The translations under genes and the position numbers were made by a program. A DNA stretch of 60,575 nucleotides from Lentisphaerales bacterium (GTDB lineage Bacteria > Verrucomicrobiota > Kiritimatiellia > JAUXFM01): NCBI GenBank assembly GCA_030622955.1, contig JAUXFM010000003.1:1-60575 (forward strand), written 5' to 3'. Numbering within the stretch: the stretch's first letter is position 1; the number at the start of each line of letters is the position of its first letter. A model generated the notes under the pieces. That model saw nothing but the letters and a program-made list of their open reading frames with translations. It was not told where the DNA came from and did not search any database. Below are positions 48,125-58,059 of the stretch, piece by piece.

Positions 48125-49468
48125 TTATGGCGCAGGTGCTGTTGTGGTTATTGACCCATTTGAGCCAAAGGTAGCCTTCTTGAACGTTTTGTAAATGCCT
48201 GGATTTGTCTCTAGCCTGATGTTGCCATTGGGGTATCTGCGGACCAGCATTCCTTCAGTTCTTTGCCCGTCTTTCAGCACGATGAAGTAGTTGGAGATGA
48301 AAAGGCGAGGAAGCCGTTTGTGAAGCGCAGCCGTCTCATTGCGCTTGATTGTGACGGTCGCGGTAACTGTCTTGTAGCCCTCTCGTACAAGCTGGATCTG
48401 GTGGTCGCCCTGCACGATTAATTCAATATCGTAAACCTGCGACAGGTTCCCTTCATTTGCTGGCTTCGTTGTTCCGACTTCAACGCCGTCGATGAATACC
48501 TTGACGCTATGTGGTTCAGTAACTATTGAGAGGGAACCAGCATTCTTTGTGAGTCTGAACTCTTCACTCTCGCTTTTCGCGGGACGGACCGTGATGTTCC
48601 TGGCATCTGCATCATAGCCGGGCATTTCGACCCTGACCCGATATATGCCGGGCTCAGCTTCCTCTAGTTTGAAGGGCGTTACCCCTTTGCGCTGGTTGTT
48701 GACATATACCCTTGCACCTTCAGGTATTGAATGAATCATGAGGGAGGAAGGTTTTGCTTTAAGGGCGACGACGATCCTGGGTGTTTGTCCGGCGCGCACG
48801 ATCAATTGTTGCGTATAGGGGAAGTAGTTCTTGAGATTGACCTCAAGAGCATAGGCGCCTGCGGGGAGATGGTCTATTGCGCAGGGGGTAGTGCCCTTGA
48901 TGGCGCCATCAAGCAGGACGCGGGCACCCATAGGCTGTGAACTGACCGAGACATTGGCACTGTTGAGAGCCAGCTTAACGTCTATCTTCCTGGGCTTGCA
49001 ATCAGTGGCCGCAAGCTCGACTTCACGCGGCTGATAACCTGCCTTGGTTATGTTTACTCGATAAGTGCCAAGCGGCTGGGCGGCAATAAGGAGAGGCGTC
49101 TTGCCCTTGTGTGCACCGTCTATGGAAACGTCGGCTCCCTCTGGTTCGGAATGCACGAGGATGAGGGCCTGGAGTGGTTTCAGTTTGAACTCAATCAGTC
49201 GCTTGTCTCCAGGTGTGAGCACAACGGTCCTTCTTTCTTCAATATATCCCGCGAGTGTCAGGGTCAGGAGGTGCGTGCCGGGCCTCAAGTTCGGGATGTC
49301 GCATGGCGTGCCGCCCTGCGGGATGCCGTCACAGGAGACTGCAACGCCCTTGGGTTCCGATTTCACTCTCAATTGCGGGCTGACCGGTGCATCCTGCGCC
49401 AATGTGGATGCTGCACATATGGATACCAAACAGAGTATCGTAAGAGATTTGGAAAACATGCTTGTCAT
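48125..49468 (-). CDS. Exported PEGA-repeat protein (five repeats)
   Basis: Signal peptide, then repeated (V/I).S.P.GA.V..DG...G.TP...L..G.(H/Y)...GY units. Confidence 0.92.
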   Translation of the reverse strand: MTSMFSKSLTILCLVSICAASTLAQDAPVSPQLRVKSEPKGVAVSCDGIPQGGTPCDIPNLRPGTHLLTLTLAGYIEERRTVVLTPGDKRLIEFKLKPLQALILVHSEPEGADVSIDGAHKGKTPLLIAAQPLGTYRVNITKAGYQPREVELAATDCKPRKIDVKLALNSANVSVSSQPMGARVLLDGAIKGTTPCAIDHLPAGAYALEVNLKNYFPYTQQLIVRAGQTPRIVVALKAKPSSLMIHSIPEGARVYVNNQRKGVTPFKLEEAEPGIYRVRVEMPGYDADARNITVRPAKSESEEFRLTKNAGSLSIVTEPHSVKVFIDGVEVGTTKPANEGNLSQVYDIELIVQGDHQIQLVREGYKTVTATVTIKRNETAALHKRLPRLFISNYFIVLKDGQRTEGMLVRRYPNGNIRLETNPGIYKTFKKATFGSNGSITTTAPAP

Positions 49469-50802
49469 TCCTGCATTTGCCTTTCCACTTCAAGCAATCT
49501 GTTGTAGGCCCGCTTGTACCGATCATCCTTCTGGTCGATGATCATCACTGTAAGAACCTGAAGGTGTTCGGCGGCTTCTGCCCATTCCTTGACATTGGTT
49601 GCGCGGGTAACAAGGAACCAGAGGCGGTCATATTCATCCTGGAGTTCTCTCTTCCAGTTGGTCCTGAGAGCGAGCGCCTCGGCGTAGAAATCGGGCTTGG
49701 GCTCGACTGTATTCAGAAGCCCCTCGAGGTCATTCATTGACTTGATGGCGAGCGCAAGGTTCTCATTCCTGATGTTTCGCTCATCATAAAGCTGCTTTCC
49801 GAGCTTGAACGCATCCATGGCACTCTTTGTGAGTACTTCTGGATCTCCCTCGATGATTCCCATTGCGTTGGAAATGAACTCCTCGATTAACTGACGCGCA
49901 CGCTTGAACTCATCAGGTTGAAGCTTGTTCAGGACGATCGTGCGGTGTGTTTGTTGGCCGATCGTCAGGGTCATGTCGTAGAGTTCGTGGATGCCAGGTG
50001 TGCTTCGCCCCTCGTAACGCGGGTTGAGAGAGAAGAACCCGGTATCTTCGATTGAGAAGGCAAGCTTCTGAAGGAGGTTCCTTTCAATCGTTTCTTGCTT
50101 GAAAGGGACTGCGGTGCTTTTGCCGAGATTGTCAATTGTTAGGGTGGCTTTTCCTTTCTCGTCGATGGTGAGGAAATAGCGGGAGATGTTCTGCTGCGAT
50201 GCTATGACCTTTTCATAGCGTAGCTCAAGCACTGCGAGCCTCACAGGTTGGCCCGTCCGTATATCTGGGTCTGGGCCAATTGGCTTGGAGTGGGTAAGTA
50301 TCTTCGGCAAGTAGATGATGAGGATGACTAACAGCATGAGTGCGGCGGCGGCGATTAGATGGCTGCGCTTGATCTTCAAGGCTTCCTTGGGGGATGATGG
50401 TGACGATGATGATTTCTTGAAGCCCAGATCTACGACAGCTTCGCCGGCTTTGTGCGGTGCTGGCGCGCCTACTGGATCGCCGACGCCCGACGAACGTGGC
50501 ACATCAATCTTGATGGCGCGTATGAGTGTGTCGCCGACTGTGACAACATCCTGATCGGAAAGCATGGCCTCCTGGATGGGCTTGTCATTGAGCATTGTCT
50601 GGTTGGCGCTGCCGAGATCTGTAACGAAGAGGCCCTGCCCGGGTTTGAAAAAGAGCCTGCAGTGAAATCGGGATAATGAGGGATCGGTCAGCACCACATC
50701 ATTGCGAGAAGAACGCCCAAGCCGAACGCCAGCAGTTGTTACTGTGATCTTCTTGCCCTTGTCCGGGCCTTCTTCAATGATTAGCTCTGCAATATGTGAC
50801 AA
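49465..50802 (-). CDS. FHA-domain membrane protein
   Basis: N-terminal LGRSSRNDVVLTDPSLSRFHC..DLGSANQT, one TM helix, extracytoplasmic and TPR-like C-terminal region. Confidence 0.9.
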   Translation of the reverse strand: MSHIAELIIEEGPDKGKKITVTTAGVRLGRSSRNDVVLTDPSLSRFHCRLFFKPGQGLFVTDLGSANQTMLNDKPIQEAMLSDQDVVTVGDTLIRAIKIDVPRSSGVGDPVGAPAPHKAGEAVVDLGFKKSSSSPSSPKEALKIKRSHLIAAAALMLLVILIIYLPKILTHSKPIGPDPDIRTGQPVRLAVLELRYEKVIASQQNISRYFLTIDEKGKATLTIDNLGKSTAVPFKQETIERNLLQKLAFSIEDTGFFSLNPRYEGRSTPGIHELYDMTLTIGQQTHRTIVLNKLQPDEFKRARQLIEEFISNAMGIIEGDPEVLTKSAMDAFKLGKQLYDERNIRNENLALAIKSMNDLEGLLNTVEPKPDFYAEALALRTNWKRELQDEYDRLWFLVTRATNVKEWAEAAEHLQVLTVMIIDQKDDRYKRAYNRLLEVERQMQE

Positions 50803-50872
50803 CGCATCTCTCCCTCATGAAGACTGGGCTAAGAGTAAATCAAGTGCTTTGATTTGTCAAGAATCAGGGAAG

Positions 50873-51793
50873 CTACAGCACGCCCTGGTTAAGAACCTGC
50901 GCAACGAATGGCCCCATGAGGACAAGAAATACTGCAGGGAATATGAATGCGACGAGGGGAAAGAGCATCTTGACCGGTGCCTCGTTGGCAAGCTTCTCTG
51001 CACGTTCAAATCTACGTGCTCGCATCTGGTCTGACTGGATGCGCAGAATGGACCCCACGCTGACTCCAAGCTCGTCGGCCTGGATGAGCGAACTGGTGAC
51101 GGACCTGATGTCCTGCATGTCTATTCGTAATGCCATTGCGCGCAGCGATTCCTTTCGTGTCTTTCCGAGCTGGATTTCCCTGATCACTCGCAACAACTCC
51201 TCCCCGAGCGGATCCATCTGCCTGCGTTCGATTGTGCGCTGCAGTCCTGACATGAAATCCAATCCTGCTTCTACAGAGAGCGTCAGTAGATCCAGGACAA
51301 AGGGCAAAGCTCTCTGGACGCTCTTGTGTCGTTGGGCGAGTGATCGATTCAGCCAGGAACTTGGATAGATTACAACGCAGAGCAGTTCCACCAGGTAAAA
51401 GAACACCTTGGTTCTCGCACTGGGAACGCCGACCTTGCCGGTTGAAGCGAAGACTGCAGCAGTTGCCAGGATCCAAACTGTTCCCAGCACTAGGGGGACA
51501 AGGATTCGAAGCGAGAAGAACTCCTCTGCGTTCAGGAGTCCTTCGTAGCCAGCCGCGACGAGCCGGCGGTCGGCACGCTCTCTGCTTTTGGCAAAACGCT
51601 CGACCCGGAAGAGTGGTGTCAGGTTGGGAACGATAGGCAGGAGCAGACGGAAGAGGAGGGGGATGCTTCGCTCCTGGCGTCGTCCATCGGCAAGTGTAAC
51701 GTATGTGATCTCCCTTGCGACAGTGAGGCAGTACCATGATATCCCGCCCGCAAAGAGGGCCCAGAGCGCGCTGAGAAGTGCTTTATTGTGCAT
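50873..51793 (-). CDS. tadC: Tad pilus inner-membrane platform protein TadC
   Basis: LPFVLDLLTLSVEAGLDF, QADELG.SV..ILR.Q...R..R..RAE..A..APVKMLFPL..FIFPA. Confidence 0.93.
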   Translation of the reverse strand: MHNKALLSALWALFAGGISWYCLTVAREITYVTLADGRRQERSIPLLFRLLLPIVPNLTPLFRVERFAKSRERADRRLVAAGYEGLLNAEEFFSLRILVPLVLGTVWILATAAVFASTGKVGVPSARTKVFFYLVELLCVVIYPSSWLNRSLAQRHKSVQRALPFVLDLLTLSVEAGLDFMSGLQRTIERRQMDPLGEELLRVIREIQLGKTRKESLRAMALRIDMQDIRSVTSSLIQADELGVSVGSILRIQSDQMRARRFERAEKLANEAPVKMLFPLVAFIFPAVFLVLMGPFVAQVLNQGVL

Positions 51794-51804
51794 GATTCGA
51801 TATC

Positions 51805-52689
51805 CTAAACGTCAATGTCGATGATCTTTCGGATCACCAATCCTCCAGTAATCTCCAGTATGACAACAGCGACAAGAACCAGTGCTCCGAGCGGGGACTT
51901 GATGAATGGGATCATCTTTTCCGGCTCGATGATGCACAGCGCAGTCCCAAGTACCAATGGGATGAATCCCATGACCATCCCCTGCATGCGTTGCTGGGCC
52001 GTGAGGGTCCTAACGCGGCGTTCAATTCGCATCCGCTCCCTGATTGTTGAGGCGATTTTTTCGAATACCTCGGTCAGGTTCCCACCAGTTTGACGCGCGG
52101 TTTCAATAGAGAGGATCATCAGTGAGAGGTCCTCACTTGTGACCCTTTCACCGAGATGTGTAAGGGCATCTGAGAACTTCACTCCTATGCGCGTTTGCTG
52201 CAATAATACCTGGAATTCCTGAGCTATCGGGTTTTGCCCTTCGTTTGCCACGCTTTCGAAAGCCTGCGCTATACTGAAGCCGGCTTTGAGCGCATTCCCC
52301 ATGTTTGTAAGAGCTTCTACGAGCTGGCCATTGAACTTCTCTATTCGTCTCTTCTTCAGGAATATCAGTATCCAGGTTGGGGCACGCAGTGCGAGGATTG
52401 CTGCGAGGCCACCAAAGAGTAGGCCGCGTCCGATCCCGAGCGCGGACCCGAAACTGGCTGTGAGCAGGAAGAAAATAATAAAGAAAGCGACGGCCCCGGT
52501 CCATGCAAGCTCAATAATGCGGCGCGGCGGGATGAAAAGAAAGACATCTTCAAATTGTCGTGCAGTATCAACGGAATACTCGCCTGAATATGCTTCGGCA
52601 CCGGATCTCATTGCCTGCCCTAGGACAAAGGTCAGTCCTGCAAAACAGAACATGTACAGGGCGGGAATGAGGATGTGCAAGCCGTTCAT
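51805..52689 (-). CDS. tadB: Tad pilus inner-membrane platform protein TadB
   Basis: F..QLVEAL..M.NALKAGFS..QA, PIAQEF, TGGNL.EV.E.IA.TIRER. ATGA overlap with tadA. Confidence 0.93.
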   Translation of the reverse strand: MNGLHILIPALYMFCFAGLTFVLGQAMRSGAEAYSGEYSVDTARQFEDVFLFIPPRRIIELAWTGAVAFFIIFFLLTASFGSALGIGRGLLFGGLAAILALRAPTWILIFLKKRRIEKFNGQLVEALTNMGNALKAGFSIAQAFESVANEGQNPIAQEFQVLLQQTRIGVKFSDALTHLGERVTSEDLSLMILSIETARQTGGNLTEVFEKIASTIRERMRIERRVRTLTAQQRMQGMVMGFIPLVLGTALCIIEPEKMIPFIKSPLGALVLVAVVILEITGGLVIRKIIDIDV

Positions 52690-54428
52690 GACTGATCCCA
52701 TGCCTGGGGATTGAACATGTCAGATTCAAGCGTCAGGCCTTTTGCCTTGAGCTCTTCCATCCATGTGGGTACGGCGCCTGTTGGCCTGAAGGTGCCAAGC
52801 ACCGTCCCGCCTTCGCCAATACCGGTCTGAACGTATTCAAAGATATCCTGCATAGTGACTCTGTCACCCTCAAGCCCCACGACCTCTGTTACCTTGGAGA
52901 TCTTGCGTGTCCCATCGCCGTACCGCGATTCATGGATAATTAGATCCACGGCTGATGCGACCTGTTCACGGATAGCGCGCACAGGCAGATCCATGCCGGA
53001 CATGAGCACCATGGTCTCGAGTCGAGACACGACGTCACGTGGTGAATTGGCGTGGATCGTGGTGAGCGAACCGTCATGCCCCGTATTCATGGCCTGGAGC
53101 ATGTCCAGTGCCTCGCCACCACGACACTCACCAATCACTATGCGGTCCGGTCGCATACGCAGCGAGTTCCTTACCAGATCACGGATTGTGATGGCGCCCT
53201 TGCCTTCAATGTTTGGGGGCCTGGCTTCAAGTCTTACGACATGCGTCTGCCGCAAGCGCAGTTCTGCAGCATCTTCAATAGTTAGAATTCGGTCGGAGTC
53301 GGGCAGGTAACTACTCAGCACATTGAGGAAAGTTGTTTTTCCGGATCCAGTCCCGCCGGCAACGATGATGTTCTTGCGTCCGAGTACGGCTATTTTTGCA
53401 AATTCAGCGATCTGGGGTGCGAGAGTCCCGAATCGCACCAGATCCTGGTCAGTGAATGGGATCTTGGAGAACTTCCTGATCGTAAGGCATGGTCCAATAA
53501 GGGATAGCGGTGCGATGATTGCGTTGACACGTGAACCATCCTTCAATCTGGCATCGACATATGGCTGGCTCTCGTCAATACGCCGACCAATAGGAGATAC
53601 GATCCTTTCGATGATTGCTGTTACGGATGCGTCGTTGAGGAATGTAAGATCGGTCAATTCCAGTTTGCCGCGCCGTTCAACATATACATGCTCATGGCCG
53701 TTGACCATTATTTCGGTAATGTCATCTTGGTCGATCAGATCCTCAAGCGGGCCAAGCCCAATGGCTTCGTCGTAGACCTCTTTAACAAGCGCCATTGGGT
53801 CAATGCCCTCTGGCAGCTTGTCGCAGACGTCTTTCACGATCCCTTCGAGTGTGTCATGGGCGCGTTTGTGCAATGCATCCTCGCCGATATGTGTCGCGGC
53901 GAGCCGCTTCAGATCGAGCCTCTCGACGAGTTCCTTGTGAATCTGCTGTTTCACAGATTGCTTAATCTTCTTGAAGGCGGTTACATCGCCGGGAGAGGTT
54001 TCCGGCACTGAAATGGTAGCCGGTTCCGGTGCTGGCTCATGCTCGGGTTTCAGCGCCGGGGTTGGGGCTGGTGCCGGTTCTACGGCTGGCATCTCCTCCA
54101 GTACCGGTGTCGGCGCAGCGGGTGCAGCGCTGCCGTCACGCAGGATGAGTGCAAACTGGCCGATTGTGACCGACTGGCCTGGGATCAGTGGTTGCATTCC
54201 CTTTACGACTACACCATCAACGAAAGTTCCCGATTCACTGCCAAGATCTTCAACTGAGAGCGAGTCCTCTCGTATTACAAGGAGCGCGTGGCTTGGCGAT
54301 ATGCCGGGCGACGGCAGCATGATCCTGTTATCTTCATCGGAGCCGATCGAATAGACCCCGGGAACAATATCGTGGATGCGTGGTTCTTTGCCGGGCCCGC
54401 ATATTTCCAGTTTGAATGTCTCACTCAT
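52686..54428 (-). CDS. tadA: Tad pilus ATPase TadA/CpaF with N-terminal FHA-like domain
   Basis: GLGPLEDL, RRIDESQP.VDARL.DGSRVNA, GGTGSGKTT, IEDAAEL, LRMRPDRIVIGECRG, AMNTGHDGS. N-terminal FHA-like segment and Pro/Ala/Glu-rich linker. Confidence 0.96.
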   Translation of the reverse strand: MSETFKLEICGPGKEPRIHDIVPGVYSIGSDEDNRIMLPSPGISPSHALLVIREDSLSVEDLGSESGTFVDGVVVKGMQPLIPGQSVTIGQFALILRDGSAAPAAPTPVLEEMPAVEPAPAPTPALKPEHEPAPEPATISVPETSPGDVTAFKKIKQSVKQQIHKELVERLDLKRLAATHIGEDALHKRAHDTLEGIVKDVCDKLPEGIDPMALVKEVYDEAIGLGPLEDLIDQDDITEIMVNGHEHVYVERRGKLELTDLTFLNDASVTAIIERIVSPIGRRIDESQPYVDARLKDGSRVNAIIAPLSLIGPCLTIRKFSKIPFTDQDLVRFGTLAPQIAEFAKIAVLGRKNIIVAGGTGSGKTTFLNVLSSYLPDSDRILTIEDAAELRLRQTHVVRLEARPPNIEGKGAITIRDLVRNSLRMRPDRIVIGECRGGEALDMLQAMNTGHDGSLTTIHANSPRDVVSRLETMVLMSGMDLPVRAIREQVASAVDLIIHESRYGDGTRKISKVTEVVGLEGDRVTMQDIFEYVQTGIGEGGTVLGTFRPTGAVPTWMEELKAKGLTLESDMFNPQAWDQS

Positions 54429-54436
54429 ACTACAAT

Positions 54437-55273
54437 CTACCTGACCCTTGGATTGTTGCGAATTTCGCGCTGCCTGTAGGTGTTGTACTCTGGGATGCGT
54501 TTCTCGAGGTGCTCGAAGTTGACGGATTCAAGTGTCTTAATGTAATGCACATCGTCGGGGTGGCGCAGGCTGAGGCTCAGCTTGCCCTTCGCATTCTGGG
54601 CGAAGATGAGCAGTTCAGCTTCCTGCGGGGTGACCTCTACTGTGACCGTACTATACCCACTCGAACGTTTCGATCGTCTTGATCTCTCGAACGTGCTGGG
54701 CTTTGCCAGCCTGTCGCCAGTAGCCAAGACTGTGACATCTTGAAGCATGGTGAGCGTAACGGATTCCATTTCGCCGGGGATGGTCTTGGACGCAAAGGTA
54801 AATGTGCCTAGTACATCGATGTGATCGTTGGGTTGGATCATGCCGCTGACGGCAGCCGAGCCGCTGACGGCGATCGAAACCGCACGCAGGTTCTTGGTCT
54901 TATTGATAATTGGGGACAGCCCTGAATGGGGTTTGTCCGAACCCTCTATGTCGTTCCATGTGATCAGGTTGTGTTTCTTGACGCTCCAGCGCAGTTTCTT
55001 GCCTAGTACCGTTGTGCCGTCCTTGGCCATGAGTACGTCATCTTTCAGCCCGACCTTGGGAACCTGTCTTTTTTTCATGTTCTCTGTCGTTAGGCGTGTT
55101 CCAGTTGGGAGATCTTTCGAGGCAACCATGATTTCAACTTTTTGCAGGAGAGTCCGGACCCGTGCGATCTCCTTTGCCACTTCGATATCCTTCTTCTTCA
55201 TGAATTGTGCTGTTAGAGTTGCTGCGACGATTCCGATAACCACCGAAATGATGGGGATCATTTTCTGTTTCAT
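54437..55273 (-). CDS. cpaB: Flp pilus assembly protein CpaB/RcpC
   Basis: N-terminal TM, SAF-like VASKDLPTG, RAVSIAV...AVSGMIQPNDHIDV, LQDVTVLA, VTVEVTPQEAE, L.LSLR. Confidence 0.92.
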   Translation of the reverse strand: MKQKMIPIISVVIGIVAATLTAQFMKKKDIEVAKEIARVRTLLQKVEIMVASKDLPTGTRLTTENMKKRQVPKVGLKDDVLMAKDGTTVLGKKLRWSVKKHNLITWNDIEGSDKPHSGLSPIINKTKNLRAVSIAVSGSAAVSGMIQPNDHIDVLGTFTFASKTIPGEMESVTLTMLQDVTVLATGDRLAKPSTFERSRRSKRSSGYSTVTVEVTPQEAELLIFAQNAKGKLSLSLRHPDDVHYIKTLESVNFEHLEKRIPEYNTYRQREIRNNPRVR

Positions 55274-55307
55274 TCTTTGCTGTCTCCTTGTGCCTGTTCT
55301 GGTGATG

Positions 55308-56045
55308 CTATTTCACCTGGAGCGTTTTGTATAGTATAGTAATCGTGCTGCCGTTCTGGCCACCAGAATCTTCGACTGATATGCAGCAGACATCGTCGCC
55401 CTTGAGCCTGATAATGGTTGCTGGTATCACTTCTGTTCTATCGGATGTAGGAAAGGGTGAGATCCAGCCCTTGTCTTTGAGCGTGCCGTCGTAAAACTTG
55501 CGGACGATCTCAGGTTCCGTGTTCACTGTCGATATCGCTATTCGGGTATTTGTTTCTTCAGCGTGCATGAAGAACGTTGGGGTCGATCCGGGAAACGCGG
55601 GGACATGTTTCAGTAGGTGCTTATGCGGCGGCTTGATGGAAATCATGTAGTCGGCCTCCGTTTGTTGGATTCCGAATGCCACGCATTTCTCGATGTCCTG
55701 CATTGTGACCAGCAGAATCCTGGTCACCATCCCGTCGCCCTTTATGATGGCGTAACCCATGAGGCTGCCGCCATAGAAGAAGCTGCCGGCATCCTTGTGT
55801 TGCTTCTTGAGCTTTGCCAAGATGCTGCGCGGCTTGGCCTCGAACCCTGCGACCGCGAGTATTCCCGAACCACCATTGATGTTAACGGTGGTTTTATGCG
55901 CCAGTCGCCCGCCCATATGTTCGGAGGTAAGTGCGGCGAGATGTGTATTGCGCCACCGCATGAAGACACGGGACTGTGCGGCGATGCAGAGGGAAAGAAA
56001 GAGACATGCCGCAGCTATGATCAGTCGCTGGTGTGGCGTCTTCAA
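55308..56045 (-). CDS. Hypothetical exported protein in the tad operon
   Basis: 245 aa, signal-peptide-like N-terminus, 4-nt overlap with the upstream TadE-like gene. Confidence 0.7.
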   Translation of the reverse strand: MKTPHQRLIIAAACLFLSLCIAAQSRVFMRWRNTHLAALTSEHMGGRLAHKTTVNINGGSGILAVAGFEAKPRSILAKLKKQHKDAGSFFYGGSLMGYAIIKGDGMVTRILLVTMQDIEKCVAFGIQQTEADYMISIKPPHKHLLKHVPAFPGSTPTFFMHAEETNTRIAISTVNTEPEIVRKFYDGTLKDKGWISPFPTSDRTEVIPATIIRLKGDDVCCISVEDSGGQNGSTITILYKTLQVK

Positions 56046-56629
56046 TAGATCCCTTTTGTCCTGGTCATCCAGACCTTGGACTTGACCTCTATTGAGTCTG
56101 ATCCGCTGATCAGGTGAGAGAAACCCGGCAGAAGATCGAGCGTTCGGTCATCTGTTCCGCTGACGAGGCCCATTTCATAGTGTGGGAGAGGGGAGTCAGC
56201 CAGCAACGAGATCTCGTTGTTGGGCAGGTATGACGAAAGGTCACTAGGCTGGGCATGCGCAAGAATGCGAGACTGTAGATAGCCTACGTTCCCTTGCACC
56301 GGTTCATCATCGGGAGAGTATTTGCGCTCGTCACCGCCTTCCTCCCAGTTGACAAGGTATTCGGGCGATTCTTCGGAAAGCCCGATTTCCAGCATAGCTG
56401 CCTCACCGGCCTCTTCCCTGGCCTCAATCATCGTTTGTGTGTGGTGATAGCCAAGGAGTCCGATCTGAATCAGGCCTGTGATGACTACCACTACGACGAT
56501 AAGACAAACGGCGAACTCAACGATTGCCTGACCGCTTCGATTGTGGATTTGCGTAAGAGAGCTGTAGATTGACGTGACTTTCGATCCGAACTCCGAGGTC
56601 CTAAACCTGAAATGCAAAATGGCCATCAA
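56042..56629 (-). CDS. TadE-like minor pilin
   Basis: RSG|QAIVEF class III signal followed by a hydrophobic helix and AREEAGE. Confidence 0.8.
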   Translation of the reverse strand: MMAILHFRFRTSEFGSKVTSIYSSLTQIHNRSGQAIVEFAVCLIVVVVVITGLIQIGLLGYHHTQTMIEAREEAGEAAMLEIGLSEESPEYLVNWEEGGDERKYSPDDEPVQGNVGYLQSRILAHAQPSDLSSYLPNNEISLLADSPLPHYEMGLVSGTDDRTLDLLPGFSHLISGSDSIEVKSKVWMTRTKGIY

Positions 56630-58035
56630 TGTCCTCTCCTCGTGCCGCCACTACTGTGGCCGCCAGCACCACTTGGTATGTTGCACAGTGCGCTGTTGAC
56701 TTCAAGCCAGCTGATGCCGACCCTGCGCCATGCATCATTCTCCCATGTTATGAGTTGGGCGCAATACCAGCAACTGAGTGTGATTCCGCTGAGGCCCCTG
56801 TCCATGTATTCTGGGAGGTGATCCTCCACATGCTCGCGCCAGCGCAGGTTGTAAGCTCCGCCGGCAGGCATAGTGCAGGCATCGAGGGGGATCAGGCGGA
56901 CATCGTGAAAGGCTGGAAGAACAACATCGTATTCGTTGGGACGTTCAGTGTCGTTGAGGTAGCCGAAAGGTTTGGCTGCTGATGTCCAGGTGATCTGGCT
57001 ATCTGCAGAGCCGGGCGAGAGGCGTTCCGCTGAGAGCTCCAGCCTGATGGCAGCGTCTGCGCCGATATATTCGTACTGCGGTTTAACTTCAAAGCCGTCG
57101 AGCCATGGGAATTCGTATCCGTCAAAGTTGTAGAGCGTCTCCCAGGGCGCCCATCCACTGCTGTTGTAGCAGTACCAGTTCGCAGCGAAATTAAAGATAT
57201 TCGTGGTTATCTCGGCTGCTGTTAGTGATCGCTCTGTGCTCAACTCGTTCATATTGTCGATCAGATCAAGGCTGTCCACAACACTGATAGCTGTCAGGCG
57301 CAACCCGAAGATTTCGGCGTTCATGTATTGCACATGCGGGGGTACGGGGAGGGCATCCCACCACCTGTAATCGGTGTATTCCTCGAGTGTGTCCATGGCA
57401 TTGTGCCAGAACCAGCACCAGCTACCGCCGGCAATGGCATTGTAGAACGCCATGTTGTAGAGCATGTGCCCGCCGATGGCATCGCCGTAGAGAGTCGCAT
57501 TGTCGGGTGCTGCCGCTATACCATCATCGACGAAGAGGGATAGCATGTCCGAGTAGTCCTCCCATGCACCGGGGTAGGGTTCTGGAAAGAGCATCTTTCC
57601 GCTGCCGTCGGTCATGCTTGGATAGTCATACGTGACTCTGGCCCAGTGCTCCTCGAGGTATTCGGTGAAGTCGTCATTATTGTACATCCCGTTGTTCTTG
57701 GCGGCCTGCTGCGCGGCGGCGAACGCAGTCATTGGTCCCGCGTAACAGAGGCGGGCCTGGAGGCCGGCAATTGCCTGAGCGGAATCAGTGTCGTTGCCCG
57801 TGAGTGCGGCAGCCTGCATAATGTTCAGGTCCCCGATGATGTTCAGGCTTATGCCCTGCCATCGTGCAGCTGCCAGGGCGGCAGAATCCCCTGCATTCTG
57901 GCTCCGGAATTTGACGTGCAGGATTTTGTGAAGGTCGAAGTTCCAGAACAGTATGAAGGTCAGGATTACGAGGACGCAGATGACGAATATGATTGTCTGG
58001 CCGCTTTTGCGCTGGCTGCGTTGGTATGCTCTCAT
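56626..58035 (-). CDS. TadG-like minor pilin / putative tip protein
   Basis: RKSG|QTIIF plus TM, QNAGDSAALAAA motif, large acidic aromatic-rich C-terminal domain. Confidence 0.82.
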   Translation of the reverse strand: MRAYQRSQRKSGQTIIFVICVLVILTFILFWNFDLHKILHVKFRSQNAGDSAALAAARWQGISLNIIGDLNIMQAAALTGNDTDSAQAIAGLQARLCYAGPMTAFAAAQQAAKNNGMYNNDDFTEYLEEHWARVTYDYPSMTDGSGKMLFPEPYPGAWEDYSDMLSLFVDDGIAAAPDNATLYGDAIGGHMLYNMAFYNAIAGGSWCWFWHNAMDTLEEYTDYRWWDALPVPPHVQYMNAEIFGLRLTAISVVDSLDLIDNMNELSTERSLTAAEITTNIFNFAANWYCYNSSGWAPWETLYNFDGYEFPWLDGFEVKPQYEYIGADAAIRLELSAERLSPGSADSQITWTSAAKPFGYLNDTERPNEYDVVLPAFHDVRLIPLDACTMPAGGAYNLRWREHVEDHLPEYMDRGLSGITLSCWYCAQLITWENDAWRRVGISWLEVNSALCNIPSGAGGHSSGGTRRGH

Positions 58036-58059
58036 TCCTGCCTGTTGCTCCTTGACCTT

